This document shows positions 17,435 to 26,810 of a stretch of 64,000 bases of DNA, piece after piece. The notes under the pieces are model-generated. The model saw only the letters and a list, made by a program, of their open reading frames with translations, made no database searches and was not told the DNA's origin. Numbering within the stretch: the first letter of the stretch is position 1; each line of letters begins with the position of its first letter. The stretch is from a virus (lineage: Duplodnaviria; Heunggongvirae; Uroviricota; Caudoviricetes): IMG/VR virus record IMGVR_UViG_2935054407_000002, positions 37,578 through 101,577 of that record; one strand, written 5' to 3'. The position numbers and the translations under genes were made by a program.

Positions 17435-20400
17435 TCAACGTTGAGGTGAGCCGATAGACCAGGCCCTCGATGGAGCACCGACCGCCCATGCCCTTGAGGC
17501 TGGGGACCCTGCGGACCAGAGCCTTTCGGGAGGCCCGATCGTCCACGGGATTCCACCGCCAGGAACGCCAGTGGAAACGGTGGGCGTAGGAACGCTCGCC
17601 GTGGCCGCGACCCTGGATGGTCTCGCCGTGGCCGTGATGGCTGCGGCGGGGATCGTGGTCGTGGCCTGCACCGTCGCCGGGTTTACGGTGACGATGGTCG
17701 TCGCGGTGGTGGTCGGCGTCGGGATCGCCGCCGTGGCTGTGACCACCGTGATGGCGATCGAGGCGCTGGCCGAGGTGGTGGGAGATGGGATCGCTGCAGC
17801 CGCGGTGACAGTCGTCGGCGAAGCCGTGGTGTTGCCGTCGGCGGTGACCTCGGGCAGTGGGACCGACGCAGTGACCGACACGACTGAGGGAGCCGCGGTG
17901 GCGCCTGCGGTCGTCACTGGGCTCGGGACGAGCGCAGACGCCGCCACAACGCTCGGCGAGGCGGTGCCCTCTGTGGAGACTCCCGGAGCGCCTACCGACG
18001 CTGTAGAGGCGACCACAGCCGGGCTGGCGGTGGACCCCGTGGCAGTGGTGGGCGCTCCAACCGAGGCGATCGCAGCCACCGTGTTGGGGCTGGCCGTGAT
18101 CGACGACCCCGACTGCACCGACGGCGCCGGGATGGACGTCGTCGCGACTACAACCGCCGGCGTGGCGGTCGAGGCCGAGGCGATGGTGGGCGCCGGGATA
18201 GACGAGCTCGCGGAGACCGTTGCCGGACTCGCGGTGGAGCCTGCCGAAGCAGTCGCCGTAGGCACCGTCGCCGCGGCCTGGACCGTGGCTGGTGCCGTGG
18301 TCTGGCCTGCGGATGCGGTGGGCGCTGGGACGGTCGCTGAAGCGGACACGACCGCTGGGTTGGCGGTGGTGTTGCCTGCGGCCGATACCGATGGAGTCGG
18401 AACGGACGCTGCCGCGGAGACGACGCTCGCCGTGACCGTCGAACTGGTGGTCACCGTCGGGGAGCTGATGCTCGCCGACGCCTGCACGACTGCGGGAGCC
18501 ACGGAGGCGCCCGTGGTTGTCGACGGGGCCGGGACGATCGCGTTGGCGCCCACCGTGGCCGGGGCCGCAGTGGAGCCTGCCGCAGTCGACGGCGCCGGCA
18601 CGGAAGCTGCCGCACTGACAACCGCCGGGGAAGCGACCTTCTGCGCGACAACCGACGGAGCCGGGACCGCCGAGACTGCGGAGACCGTTGCTGGTGAGGC
18701 TGTAGAGCCCCCAGACGCGACAGGAGCGGGGATGGAGGCGGATGCCTGCACCGTGGCGGGTGCGGCGGTCTTGACCGCTGTGACCGCCGGGACGGGCACC
18801 GTAGCCGAAGCTGCCACCACTGCAGGGCTGGCTGAGGCTCCAGCCGACACCGTAGGTGCTGGGACGGAGCTGGTGGCCTGAACCCTGGCCGGAGAAGCCG
18901 AGGAACCCGTCCTCGTGGAAGGAGCGGGAACCGACGCTGTAGCCGAGACGACCGCAGGCGATGCTGACGAGCCCGTCCTCGTGGATGGGGTCGGGATGGT
19001 CGCCGTGGCAGAGACCGTGGTGGGTACGGACGTCGCGTCGGCCGAAGCAGTCGGGGACGCTACCGACGACGTTGCCGGCACAACCGCCGGGGTAGCGGTC
19101 GCGTCAACCGGAGCTGAACCGCCGCTGCCGGCGACGCCGACGGTGAAGCCGACCTCGAAACCCAAGGCGATGCTGGCGGTGAAGTCCTGAGCGGCCGTCG
19201 GTGTTGACGACGTCAGTTCTTTGATCGCAACCGCGGCCGAGGTGTAGCTCTGCGACTGAGTGTCGCCCACCTCGTCATACCCGGCCGGTGGAGTCCAGGT
19301 GATGAAGTCAGCGCCGTTTTCGGCTATAGCTGCGGCGAAACGGAACTCCAAGCTCAGGGCGCCGCCGGGGGTGATGCCTGGGGAGGTGGAGATGGTGCCG
19401 GTGCCCGCGGTGGACTGGTCAACCACCGGGGTGGCATCGTCCGCGCCTTGGACAGCAGCGACGAAAATTACGCCGTCCGCGCTGGCGTTCTGGGTGAACC
19501 CGTAACTGGCCGGCTCTGAGGCGCCCGCGACTTTCCACCACAGTTTGACTTGGATTGTGGACTGGCCGGCTGTGTACTCGTCCAGGAGAAGCCAGGTGGC
19601 GCCGCCCGTTGGGGTGGGCATGTCGGCCAGGAAGCCAACGTCAGCGGCTTGCAGGGCGAGGAGAACGTCGCCTTCGGTCACGCCGGTTGGTTTGTTGACG
19701 TTTCCGCTGGCGCCCACCAGTGTGGCGGCGACGATGTCTCCGCGCAGGGTGGGCGGGGTAGAGCCGTCGTCAACCCCCGGGGTGGGGATGGTGGTGGAGG
19801 CTGCGGCCACGGGCGGGGCAGCCCTCGCCGCCGCTGAGACCGTGGGTGCGGGGATGGATGCGGCGCACGCCACCACAGCGGGGTTGGCGATGAGGCCGGT
19901 CGTTGCTGACGGCGCTGGGACGGATGCCGTAGCAGACACCACGCTGGGCGAGACGGCACTACCCGCTGAAGTATCCGGGGCGGGAACACTGGCCGTAGCT
20001 GCAACCACATCAGGAGTAGCGGTCGCATCCACAGAGGTTGACGCCGTCGGAACACAGACAACGAACCCCAGGCGGGCGTCCATCGACGCGTTAGCCACCA
20101 CCGCGACCGTGCCCGTAGAGCCGCCGGTGGTGCGGTGCCGGGTAGACGACATGCCGGAGGTGCGGGTACCCGACTGGGCTTCGCCACGCTTGGTGTGCGG
20201 AGCCGACACACCCCACGGGGTGAGGGTTGCTCCAGCGGTGGCGTCACCGAAAGCGAACCGGACCTCGCAGTCATCGGTTCCGATCGCGGTGGTGGACGGT
20301 GTGGTGACGTTCGACCCGACACCTGAGGTGTTGTTCGCCGATGCGGTGGTGGTAGCGTCCGCGCCCTGCACAGCGATGATGATGACCACGCCGTTGGAGC

Positions 20401-20653
20401 CACTGGACTTACCGAAGCTATAGCTGCCCGGCTCAGACGGGCCCGCGACCTTCAACCACAAACGGCCAAGAACGGTCGCGGACCGCTCCTGAAGCTGAGT
20501 CCACCCCGACGCGGTCAGAGAAGAGATCCCGCCAGCGTTGGAGGCGCTGGCCGCAATCAGCACATCGCCTTCGACAACGCCGGACGGCTTCGCACACGAG
20601 ATGCTGGTGCCGGTACCAGTCGCTGTGGAGTGAGACCGGTACGTCGCAGCCAC
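17435..20653 (-). CDS. Giant Ser/Thr/Ala/Pro/Val-repeat protein: two paralogous globular domains, each followed by ~17-aa PAP-containing repeats, and a Trp-repeat C-terminus
   Basis: Domain 1 (about 1-205) and domain 2 (about 300-480) share GV(V/T)EGDVL...LW(L/W)KVAG(P/A)SEP(G/A)SY(S/G)F...GV(V/I)...AVQGAD. About 35 repeats of TASVPAPS...PAVV. C-terminus RLWSAGSP/RAWAVGAP/RAWSIGSP. No signal peptide. Confidence 0.7.
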   Translation of the reverse strand: MAATYRSHSTATGTGTSISCAKPSGVVEGDVLIAASASNAGGISSLTASGWTQLQERSATVLGRLWLKVAGPSEPGSYSFGKSSGSNGVVIIIAVQGADATTTASANNTSGVGSNVTTPSTTAIGTDDCEVRFAFGDATAGATLTPWGVSAPHTKRGEAQSGTRTSGMSSTRHRTTGGSTGTVAVVANASMDARLGFVVCVPTASTSVDATATPDVVAATASVPAPDTSAGSAVSPSVVSATASVPAPSATTGLIANPAVVACAASIPAPTVSAAARAAPPVAAASTTIPTPGVDDGSTPPTLRGDIVAATLVGASGNVNKPTGVTEGDVLLALQAADVGFLADMPTPTGGATWLLLDEYTAGQSTIQVKLWWKVAGASEPASYGFTQNASADGVIFVAAVQGADDATPVVDQSTAGTGTISTSPGITPGGALSLEFRFAAAIAENGADFITWTPPAGYDEVGDTQSQSYTSAAVAIKELTSSTPTAAQDFTASIALGFEVGFTVGVAGSGGSAPVDATATPAVVPATSSVASPTASADATSVPTTVSATATIPTPSTRTGSSASPAVVSATASVPAPSTRTGSSASPARVQATSSVPAPTVSAGASASPAVVAASATVPVPAVTAVKTAAPATVQASASIPAPVASGGSTASPATVSAVSAVPAPSVVAQKVASPAVVSAAASVPAPSTAAGSTAAPATVGANAIVPAPSTTTGASVAPAVVQASASISSPTVTTSSTVTASVVSAAASVPTPSVSAAGNTTANPAVVSASATVPAPTASAGQTTAPATVQAAATVPTATASAGSTASPATVSASSSIPAPTIASASTATPAVVVATTSIPAPSVQSGSSITASPNTVAAIASVGAPTTATGSTASPAVVASTASVGAPGVSTEGTASPSVVAASALVPSPVTTAGATAAPSVVSVTASVPLPEVTADGNTTASPTTVTAAAAIPSPTTSASASIAITVVTATAAIPTPTTTATTIVTVNPATVQATTTIPAAAITATARPSRVAATASVPTPTVSTGVPGGGIPWTIGPPERLWSAGSPASRAWAVGAPSRAWSIGSPQR
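17563..19111 (-). repeat. Long tandem array of ~51-bp (17-aa) repeats inside the giant gene
   Basis: Highly repetitive GC-rich DNA. All frames are open, which explains the spurious overlapping ORFs. Confidence 0.75.
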
Positions 20654-20654
20654 T

Positions 20655-20710
20655 CCCGGCCCCCTTCAGCTCAAGGGCCGGGCAACAAAAAACCGCCCGA
20701 AGGCGGCAAG
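20655..20710 (-). terminator. Rho-independent terminator (two tandem hairpins) downstream of the 148-aa gene
   Basis: On the - strand, GCCGCC-TTCG-GGCGG is followed by TTTTTTGTT. It is preceded by a CCGGCCC...GGGCCGG hairpin. Confidence 0.65.
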
Positions 20711-20732
20711 GGCTACAGCGCGTTTATGCAGG

Positions 20733-21179
20733 TCAGGCGAGCGTTAGGGCGAATATGCCTGCGGCGTTCCAGGTGATCGCCAGGGTCCCTGCGGAGGTGG
20801 AGTAGTCGCTTCCCAGGTGGACCATGACGATCGCGTTGTTGCCCGCCAGGGCATCCGCGTAGATGAGTGCTCCTCGGGCACCGGTGATGGTGGAGGTGGT
20901 CCACGACACGTCGTTGGCGTCGAAGGTGGCGACTCCGGCCGCGCCAGTGAAGGTCGTGCCGGTGAGCGTCGCGCCACCGTTGGTGTACCCCGTGCCTGAG
21001 ACCTCGTTGGCGTTGTACGGGGCGACTCCGTACGCAGTATCGGTGGTGTAGTTGGGGGTCAATGACGAGGTGAACAGGGCCACCTTGTGCGTTTCGAGGT
21101 CGAGGTCGAGCGCTAACTGAGTGGTGTCGAGGACGTCAACGAACGTGGCGACGTACAGGCCGCTCGCAGTAATTGCCAT
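20733..21179 (-). CDS. Thr/Gly/Ala-rich beta-type hypothetical protein (possible structural or decoration protein)
   Basis: 148 aa. A strong terminator lies immediately downstream. Confidence 0.5.
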   Translation of the reverse strand: MAITASGLYVATFVDVLDTTQLALDLDLETHKVALFTSSLTPNYTTDTAYGVAPYNANEVSGTGYTNGGATLTGTTFTGAAGVATFDANDVSWTTSTITGARGALIYADALAGNNAIVMVHLGSDYSTSAGTLAITWNAAGIFALTLA

Positions 21180-21182
21180 GGA

Positions 21183-21479
21183 TCAGCCCTCCTGAGGGGT
21201 CGGGGAGCCGACATGGACGGTGTTGACGCGGACGGTCGCCGATCCGGGCTCGGACGAGCCGACGATGACGTCATCGCGGGTCTCGGAGCGGGCGCCGGCG
21301 AGCGTCTTGGACGCCTCGTGGTGGCGGGCCTTCGCCTCGGCGATGCGGTCGGCGTCACCGGAGTCGAGAGCTTCGCGGTACGCCTCCTTCGCGGTGCGGG
21401 ACTCGTCTTCGTGGCCTGCGGTGGCATCGAGCTTGTCGGCGAGCGCGCGGAGTTCCGCCGCCCTGTCGGCGCTATTCAC
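21183..21479 (-). CDS. Coiled-coil hypothetical protein
   Basis: Internal start MNSADRAAELRALADKLD... Confidence 0.4.
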   Translation of the reverse strand: MNSADRAAELRALADKLDATAGHEDESRTAKEAYREALDSGDADRIAEAKARHHEASKTLAGARSETRDDVIVGSSEPGSATVRVNTVHVGSPTPQEG

Positions 21480-21751
21480 GTGCGCTCCTCCGTGGTGGTG
21501 ATCGCGGCCCGCACGAACGGGGCGCGGATATTGACGGACTGCTGCAGTTGGCCGTGTTCGATGACGTCGTTGCCGAGCTGGTCGGTGCGGACTTTCACCC
21601 GGCGGCCGTCTTTGTCGCTGCGGTACTCGCGGGTCTGGTCGTGGGTGGCGTTCGTCCAGCCTTGAGGGCGCGTCTGCGGGCTCTTGTCGCGCAGCCACTC
21701 GGCGTAGGTGAGGCCCGTCTCCGGGGTCCAGGCGGTGGGCGTCAAGGCCAC
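21476..21751 (-). CDS. Hypothetical protein
   Basis: 91 aa ORF. Confidence 0.4.
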   Translation of the reverse strand: MALTPTAWTPETGLTYAEWLRDKSPQTRPQGWTNATHDQTREYRSDKDGRRVKVRTDQLGNDVIEHGQLQQSVNIRAPFVRAAITTTEERT

Positions 21752-21813
21752 GGGAGACCTCCTCGGGCACGCAGAAAAGGCCGCCCAGTGGACGGCCTTT
21801 CAGGGGGATCGGG

Positions 21814-22038
21814 TCAGGTCAGGGTGCGGACGGCGGAGTAGTCCTCGCCGTCAACGCGGGCGATGTCCGCGAACGGAACCCACTGCTCTCGAACCAGCGG
21901 CTCACCGCCCACTGTGACGTCCCAGAAGATCAGCGCCAGCCAGGTTCCGGTGTCAGTCTTGCGGCGGGCTCTCAGCCACGCTCTGCGGTCCCTGAACACG
22001 ACGAGAGGCGGCCTCGGCGGCAAGCTGCTCTCGTCCAC
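21814..22038 (-). CDS. Hypothetical protein
   Basis: 74 aa ORF. Confidence 0.35.
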   Translation of the reverse strand: MDESSLPPRPPLVVFRDRRAWLRARRKTDTGTWLALIFWDVTVGGEPLVREQWVPFADIARVDGEDYSAVRTLT

Positions 22039-22076
22039 GAGCAGAGGCTACGGGCGGGCACCGACAAAAGCCGAGG

Positions 22077-22313
22077 TCAGATGGTGCCCTCGTAGAACAC
22101 GTCCACAGAGCCGTCCAGGTGACGGATGACCCGGTAGCGGCGCCCCTCATGGGCGAGGACCTGTACGCGGTCGGCGCTCTCGTCTCGGGTGAACTGGAGG
22201 CCATCGTCAACGACGACGCCCAGGAAGGTGCCCGCGGCGAGTTCTTCAACGGTGGGCGCTTCGGGGTCGCTGACCCGAGGCACGAAGTAAGCGCGGACGC
22301 TGCCATCGCCCAT
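22077..22313 (-). CDS. Hypothetical protein
   Basis: 78 aa ORF. Confidence 0.4.
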   Translation of the reverse strand: MGDGSVRAYFVPRVSDPEAPTVEELAAGTFLGVVVDDGLQFTRDESADRVQVLAHEGRRYRVIRHLDGSVDVFYEGTI

Positions 22314-22627
22314 CAGCCCTCCCCCGCGAGTGCCTGGATCGCGGAAGCGATGAGCTTCTGCCCCGTCGCGTCGTCGACCTCTAGCAGGTAGCCGTTCTCG
22401 TCGTACTCGCCACTGATATAGCCCGCCTTGATGAGGGCTCCGTACAGGTTCAATGTCCAGTCGGAGCTACCGAAGGGGCGTTTGCCGCTGAACCCTTCGC
22501 GCTGTCGCCACACAGTAGCCAAGAGCGTCACCAGGTACTCCCTGATGGTCGCTGCCTCAACGTCGTTGTCGTCGGGGTCCATCGGAGTGGCGAGGATCTG
22601 ACGACCCGTAGGTGTCTCGGCGGTCAT
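22313..22627 (-). CDS. Hypothetical protein
   Basis: 104 aa ORF. Confidence 0.45.
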   Translation of the reverse strand: MTAETPTGRQILATPMDPDDNDVEAATIREYLVTLLATVWRQREGFSGKRPFGSSDWTLNLYGALIKAGYISGEYDENGYLLEVDDATGQKLIASAIQALAGEG

Positions 22628-23088
22628 GTCGTCACCGTACCGACAGCAGCCGCGTAGTCCTCGTGGTCGTTCCAGATCGCAGCGAGGATCGACAGCGTCT
22701 CGATGGGCCAGTTCTCGTCATCCCCGGCGCCGTAGTAGCCAACGTGGGCGGCGAGGAGCTTCCGCAGGGACTCGACCTTACGGAGCGTGCGGTGCGGGTC
22801 CTGACGGGCGATGTGCGCGCCGTTCGTCACGGGCGCCATTCCGTGGAAGTCGTCGCAGACCGCCACGATCGCGTCGTCGCACATGTTGAGGACACCTGCG
22901 TCGTGCTCGCTGCACCGATCAGGCTTGTCGAGTCCGCCTGTCTGCCACACGACTGCGACTCCGTGATCAGAGTCGCTGGTTCCTTGCGCCCACCGGGTGC
23001 CTTCCTCGAAGGCAGCACGGGCCGTCGCCTCATCCTCATCGAGGCGCGCGGTAATGAACTCCACGATCGAACTGCTCTGATGGGTCAT
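22624..23088 (-). CDS. Hypothetical protein
   Basis: 154 aa ORF. ATGA coupling. Confidence 0.5.
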   Translation of the reverse strand: MTHQSSSIVEFITARLDEDEATARAAFEEGTRWAQGTSDSDHGVAVVWQTGGLDKPDRCSEHDAGVLNMCDDAIVAVCDDFHGMAPVTNGAHIARQDPHRTLRKVESLRKLLAAHVGYYGAGDDENWPIETLSILAAIWNDHEDYAAAVGTVTT

Positions 23089-23118
23089 GGTCGGACTCCC
23101 CGGGGGTTGGGAAAGGGG

Positions 23119-23370
23119 TCAGAGGTCCTTCTCGAAGAAGACTTGCGCCTGGCGGAGCAGGCCGAGCGCCACGTAGTGGGGTCCACGGCCGCCAGGCAGC
23201 GCCACGAACATGCGGGTTTCGCCCTCGCGTCCGTCCTGCCCTGACACCGCAACACCGGAGACGACGTACTCGGAGACGAGTTCGTGATCCGGGGCGAGGC
23301 GGAACGCGCGGACGAAGCCCTCGATCGCGGCGCGGAGCTTGTCGTCAGCGTCCCACTGCTCAGGAGTCAT
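23119..23370 (-). CDS. Hypothetical protein
   Basis: Internal start MTPEQWDADDKLRAAIEG... Confidence 0.35.
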   Translation of the reverse strand: MTPEQWDADDKLRAAIEGFVRAFRLAPDHELVSEYVVSGVAVSGQDGREGETRMFVALPGGRGPHYVALGLLRQAQVFFEKDL

Positions 23371-23512
23371 CAGCGTCGGCCCCTCTCGCAGGGTGGTCCA
23401 GGCGGGCGGCCCAGCGAAGGCCGCCGCTCGAATGAGGTTGGCCGAAGCCGCCCGCCCGGGTAGTACTCGGCCCGACCGACTGAAGGCGTGGACCTGCCAG
23501 ACGGGCCGAAGA

Positions 23513-23686
23513 TCATGAGGTGTTGGAGTCAGCCTCAGCGTGGGCGCGCTCGTAGTGCGCCTCGCCGAGATAGACGATCGGACACCCCTTGCCGTCCTGC
23601 CGGAAGCGGACGCCTTCACCGGTCTCGAAGGTGAACGAGAAGCCCGTGAACCTCGGCGCCCCCCGCTCGTCGAGGCGGTCAGCCAT
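23513..23686 (-). CDS. Hypothetical small protein
   Basis: Internal start MADRLDERGAPRFTGF... Confidence 0.3.
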   Translation of the reverse strand: MADRLDERGAPRFTGFSFTFETGEGVRFRQDGKGCPIVYLGEAHYERAHAEADSNTS

Positions 23687-23732
23687 CTTGCGTATCCACG
23701 CTGCTAGACGGGCCGAAGTGCTCATGAGGTGA

Positions 23733-24107
23733 TCACTTCCAACCGTCTCCGGTGCGCGCCATATGCCACTGCCCGCCGTGGCGGGCAGGCTTGGCGCAGG
23801 TGAACGTCTCGCCATACCGGATGCCCTGATCGTTGCACGCTGTCTCGCCAGGTGAGGCGAACTGCATGAACCATTCGAGATGCCCCAGGTCAGTCAGGCA
23901 GCCGTCGTGGGTTTCGCAGCAGGCGCACATGTCGCACTCGCGGCAACCCCACCAGTGGCGAAGTATCTGCTCGGCCATCTCGGCCGTTAGACCGCCCATC
24001 CTGAACTCGACCAGGAATTCCACGGCTCTCACGAAAGAGAGAAGCCCGTTGGCGTGCGCTTCCTTGAGTGCTGCGGCTTGCTCGACCAGTGATGAGGCGG
24101 GCATCAC
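23733..24107 (-). CDS. Cys-rich hypothetical protein
   Basis: WWGCRECDMCACCETHDGC cluster. Confidence 0.45.
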   Translation of the reverse strand: MMPASSLVEQAAALKEAHANGLLSFVRAVEFLVEFRMGGLTAEMAEQILRHWWGCRECDMCACCETHDGCLTDLGHLEWFMQFASPGETACNDQGIRYGETFTCAKPARHGGQWHMARTGDGWK

Positions 24108-25003
24108 GGGCGGATCACCTCAGGGTCCAGCGTGCCGAACTCGCCGATCGCCTGATGGATCCGCTTCCATGCGTGGTCCACGCCCGGCGGGGTGATCCTC
24201 GCCCACGTGGTGAGTACCGTTCCGCGCGTGCGGGTCTTGACGTCCTTGGTGGCGTTCTCGCACCAGCCCGACTTGATTGCCGTGGCGGTGGCCTGCCCGT
24301 AGTCGCTTCTCCCCTTGGATCGGATGAGCATCCCGATCTGGCCGAGGAAGTCGAAGACGTGTTCCTGCTTGACCTTGATCTTGCGCGCGGTCGCCCACTG
24401 CTGAACCGTTCGGGCGAACATCTGGACCGTCATGGTCCCGTTCGCCGCAGCGTACGTCTCGGCGAGTTCGTGACCGGGCAGCAGTTCCTTGATCTTCTCG
24501 TCGCGCGCCGCGATCTGCCGCTTCTGGTCGGCAGCGATCTGCGCAAGCTGGGCGACGTGGTCAAGGTCTGTAGGGTCGAACTGCTTGGGCACCAGCCCGT
24601 AGGAGCCCGTCTTGCGGATCGCGGGCAGAACGTCGTGGGTGATCCACCGCTTGAATGCCTTCGCGCCGGGTGCTCGGCTAGCGATGGCGAGGTCGTAGAA
24701 GCCCGCCTCAGTCAGGAACCACATCACCGGATTGATGATTTTGTCCATGTTTAGGTTAGGGATGTCCGTTTCGCGGGCGTCGAGCTGGACGCGATCTCCG
24801 GCCTCCACGAGCGCGAGGGCGACGGACGGGTTCGAGTGGTCGAGCCCCCGGCATACGTCGGCGTGGCAGAAGAGCGGGTTCTCGGCGGTCCCGATGACTC
24901 GGATCTGCTGACCCGTCTCCGGGAAGGTGAAGATCTCCACCTCGGAACGGGCGCCCGACTGTGAGTCTTCCGGGTCGAACAAGCTACCGTTGTGCACTGT
25001 CAA
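24104..25003 (-). CDS. Antirepressor (Bro-N domain plus C-terminal KilA-C/ANT-like domain)
   Basis: N-terminal Bro-N pattern (FTFPETGQQIRVIGTAENPLFCHADVCRGLD...GFYDLAIASRAPGAKAFKRWITHDVLP). Confidence 0.7.
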   Translation of the reverse strand: MTVHNGSLFDPEDSQSGARSEVEIFTFPETGQQIRVIGTAENPLFCHADVCRGLDHSNPSVALALVEAGDRVQLDARETDIPNLNMDKIINPVMWFLTEAGFYDLAIASRAPGAKAFKRWITHDVLPAIRKTGSYGLVPKQFDPTDLDHVAQLAQIAADQKRQIAARDEKIKELLPGHELAETYAAANGTMTVQMFARTVQQWATARKIKVKQEHVFDFLGQIGMLIRSKGRSDYGQATATAIKSGWCENATKDVKTRTRGTVLTTWARITPPGVDHAWKRIHQAIGEFGTLDPEVIRP

Positions 25004-25215
25004 CTCTCCTACGAAGGGTTGGCCACTCCCCGGGACGGTTACCGCCGTCGCCGGGGTTCTTCATTTTGAAGAACTGTCGTTCTAATTCTCCCATATCGGA
25101 CTGTCCGCTGCGGGCCAGGAAAGCGCTTGCCGCCACTTTGGGCTAGGCAATCTGTACAGCCGACCAGCCAATCGGTTGTCTGATTGCTCAGCGAAGCCGA
25201 ATCGCTAAGCCAATC
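25004..25215. promoter_or_regulatory. Lower-GC control region upstream of the antirepressor gene, with a palindrome and direct repeats
   Basis: TTCTTCA-TTT-TGAAGAA perfect inverted repeat (about 25058-25074). AGCCAATCG direct repeats about 50 bp apart. Confidence 0.5.
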
Positions 25216-25774
25216 GCGCACCCCTCGCACCCTCGGGGATCTGGGCGAGTTCCCGCATGCGGGTCAGGGTCTCTTCGGTGCGCCCGAACGTCCGGTAGCG
25301 CCCGCAGCGGGCACAGGGGCCGTACCCCTCGTGCTCGGTGACAGGGTTCTCGCACAGACACGTCCCGTGGGCGCTGAAGATGTACGAGCAGTCCGCGTGG
25401 TAGAGGCCGCGTTCGCCCTGCCACCAGCGGGAACGGAGGCCGTCCCACGAGTGGGAGAAGTTCACGGAGTCGCCCTTGCGGGACTTGCCGCCGCACCATG
25501 CGCAGCGGGTCAGCAGGCGGCGACGCAGCTTTTGAAGCGGTGGGATCTGGATCTTCCAGTGGTGGACGTGGAACCGCCACCAGCCGTTGGCCTTGGACGT
25601 CCACTCGCCTTGAGCGCTCTGGGTACGGACGTGGTGCTTGCACACCTCGCCGGAGTCCCGGCCGCCCGGCTCGCGATGCCAGACGGTCACCAGGGAAGGC
25701 CAGTAGAGGTATCCCTCTATGCGCTTCGGCCACGGTCGGCGGATCTCGAAAGCGACAACGAGAGGATCATGCAT
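25205..25774 (-). CDS. Cys/Trp-rich hypothetical protein
   Basis: 189 aa ORF with several Cys clusters. Confidence 0.5.
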   Translation of the reverse strand: MHDPLVVAFEIRRPWPKRIEGYLYWPSLVTVWHREPGGRDSGEVCKHHVRTQSAQGEWTSKANGWWRFHVHHWKIQIPPLQKLRRRLLTRCAWCGGKSRKGDSVNFSHSWDGLRSRWWQGERGLYHADCSYIFSAHGTCLCENPVTEHEGYGPCARCGRYRTFGRTEETLTRMRELAQIPEGARGARLA

Positions 25775-25860
25775 GTCGGCACTCCGGGGGGTTCACCAGC
25801 CTGCGGGGCGGGGTGCGGAAGGGGCGGCGAGGACCCGCCAAGCGCGACGAAGAATGCCCA

Positions 25861-26175
25861 TCAGGAGGGGTGCCGAGTCTTGAGGACCGCCGTGGCCGGG
25901 CACTTCCGGCACCGGTAGTTGGTCTCGGTGATCTCGTACCCCTCGCCGGGCTTGCCCTCCCACGTAGTGCGGGCATTGACGTACGGCATCGGCTCACCGC
26001 AGTGAGAGACCGTCGCCTCGAACTCGGGGGCCGTCTCGGTCTCCATCGCTCGGCGCCGCAGGATGAACTCCAGGTTCTCGGCGAACTCGTCCGGGGCCAT
26101 GTCCGGGGGGAGGATCGTCACGAAGCCCGTCCCCTGCGGGGTCTGGCTCCCCCGGTGACGGCGGAACAACCTCAT
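25861..26175 (-). CDS. Hypothetical protein
   Basis: Start MRLFRRHRGSQTPQG... C-terminal CRKC. Confidence 0.4.
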   Translation of the reverse strand: MRLFRRHRGSQTPQGTGFVTILPPDMAPDEFAENLEFILRRRAMETETAPEFEATVSHCGEPMPYVNARTTWEGKPGEGYEITETNYRCRKCPATAVLKTRHPS

Positions 26176-26179
26176 GTGA

Positions 26180-26808
26180 TCACCCGGCCAGCTTCGGTGC
26201 GACTGGTGGAGCACACACGGCGAACCCCTGGGCGTCGGTGAACGTCAGCGTCTCGACCGTGAACCACTGCCCGTGCAGCGTCGCGTCGGGCGCGAGTCCT
26301 GCCTGTTCGGTGATGCGCTCGCGAGGCACCGTGAAGTGGTCGGCAGTGGTGTGGACCGGCGTCTTCAGCACAGCCCGGCCGCCAACCTCGTACCAGACCT
26401 GCACCTCGATGCGGTCCAACCCGGCGGTGTACTTCGCGGCCAACCCGTCGCGCATCGCCATGTACTGGGCGCGCTCGTCAGCGAACGCGTCACGGGCGGC
26501 TTGCAGGTCCCACGCCCCTACGACGATCGCCGTAGGTCGCAGAGCGGGGCCTTCCCAAGTGGATCGGAACGTGCTGGTGTTGCCGTCGAAGTCGCGGCGC
26601 TCGGTGCGCTCTTGCGGCTCCTGGTGCTCGCCCAGATGCCACCGGATGGTGTGCCACGTCTGCACCTCGACAGGGCCCTCGGTGAGTTCGAACTCGGCGA
26701 TGTGAGCAGCGAGTTCGTATGCTTCGGCGTCCTCGCGGCGAGTGAAGATCCGCAGGTTCTCGTAGTTGTACTCGCCAGGCTCATCGCTGGCAGCCAGGTA
26801 GACCTTCA
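26180..26808 (-). CDS. Hypothetical protein
   Basis: Start MKVYLAASDEPGEYNY... Confidence 0.5.
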
Positions 26809-26810
26809 TC

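Noticed and set aside
17571-18881. 436-aa + strand ORF (and ORFs at 18915-19190, 19545-20423 and 19678-20403) overlapping the giant gene
   Set aside because: The repetitive GC-rich array keeps all six frames open. The - strand frame has the conserved duplicated domains and coupled neighbours. The others are compositional artefacts.
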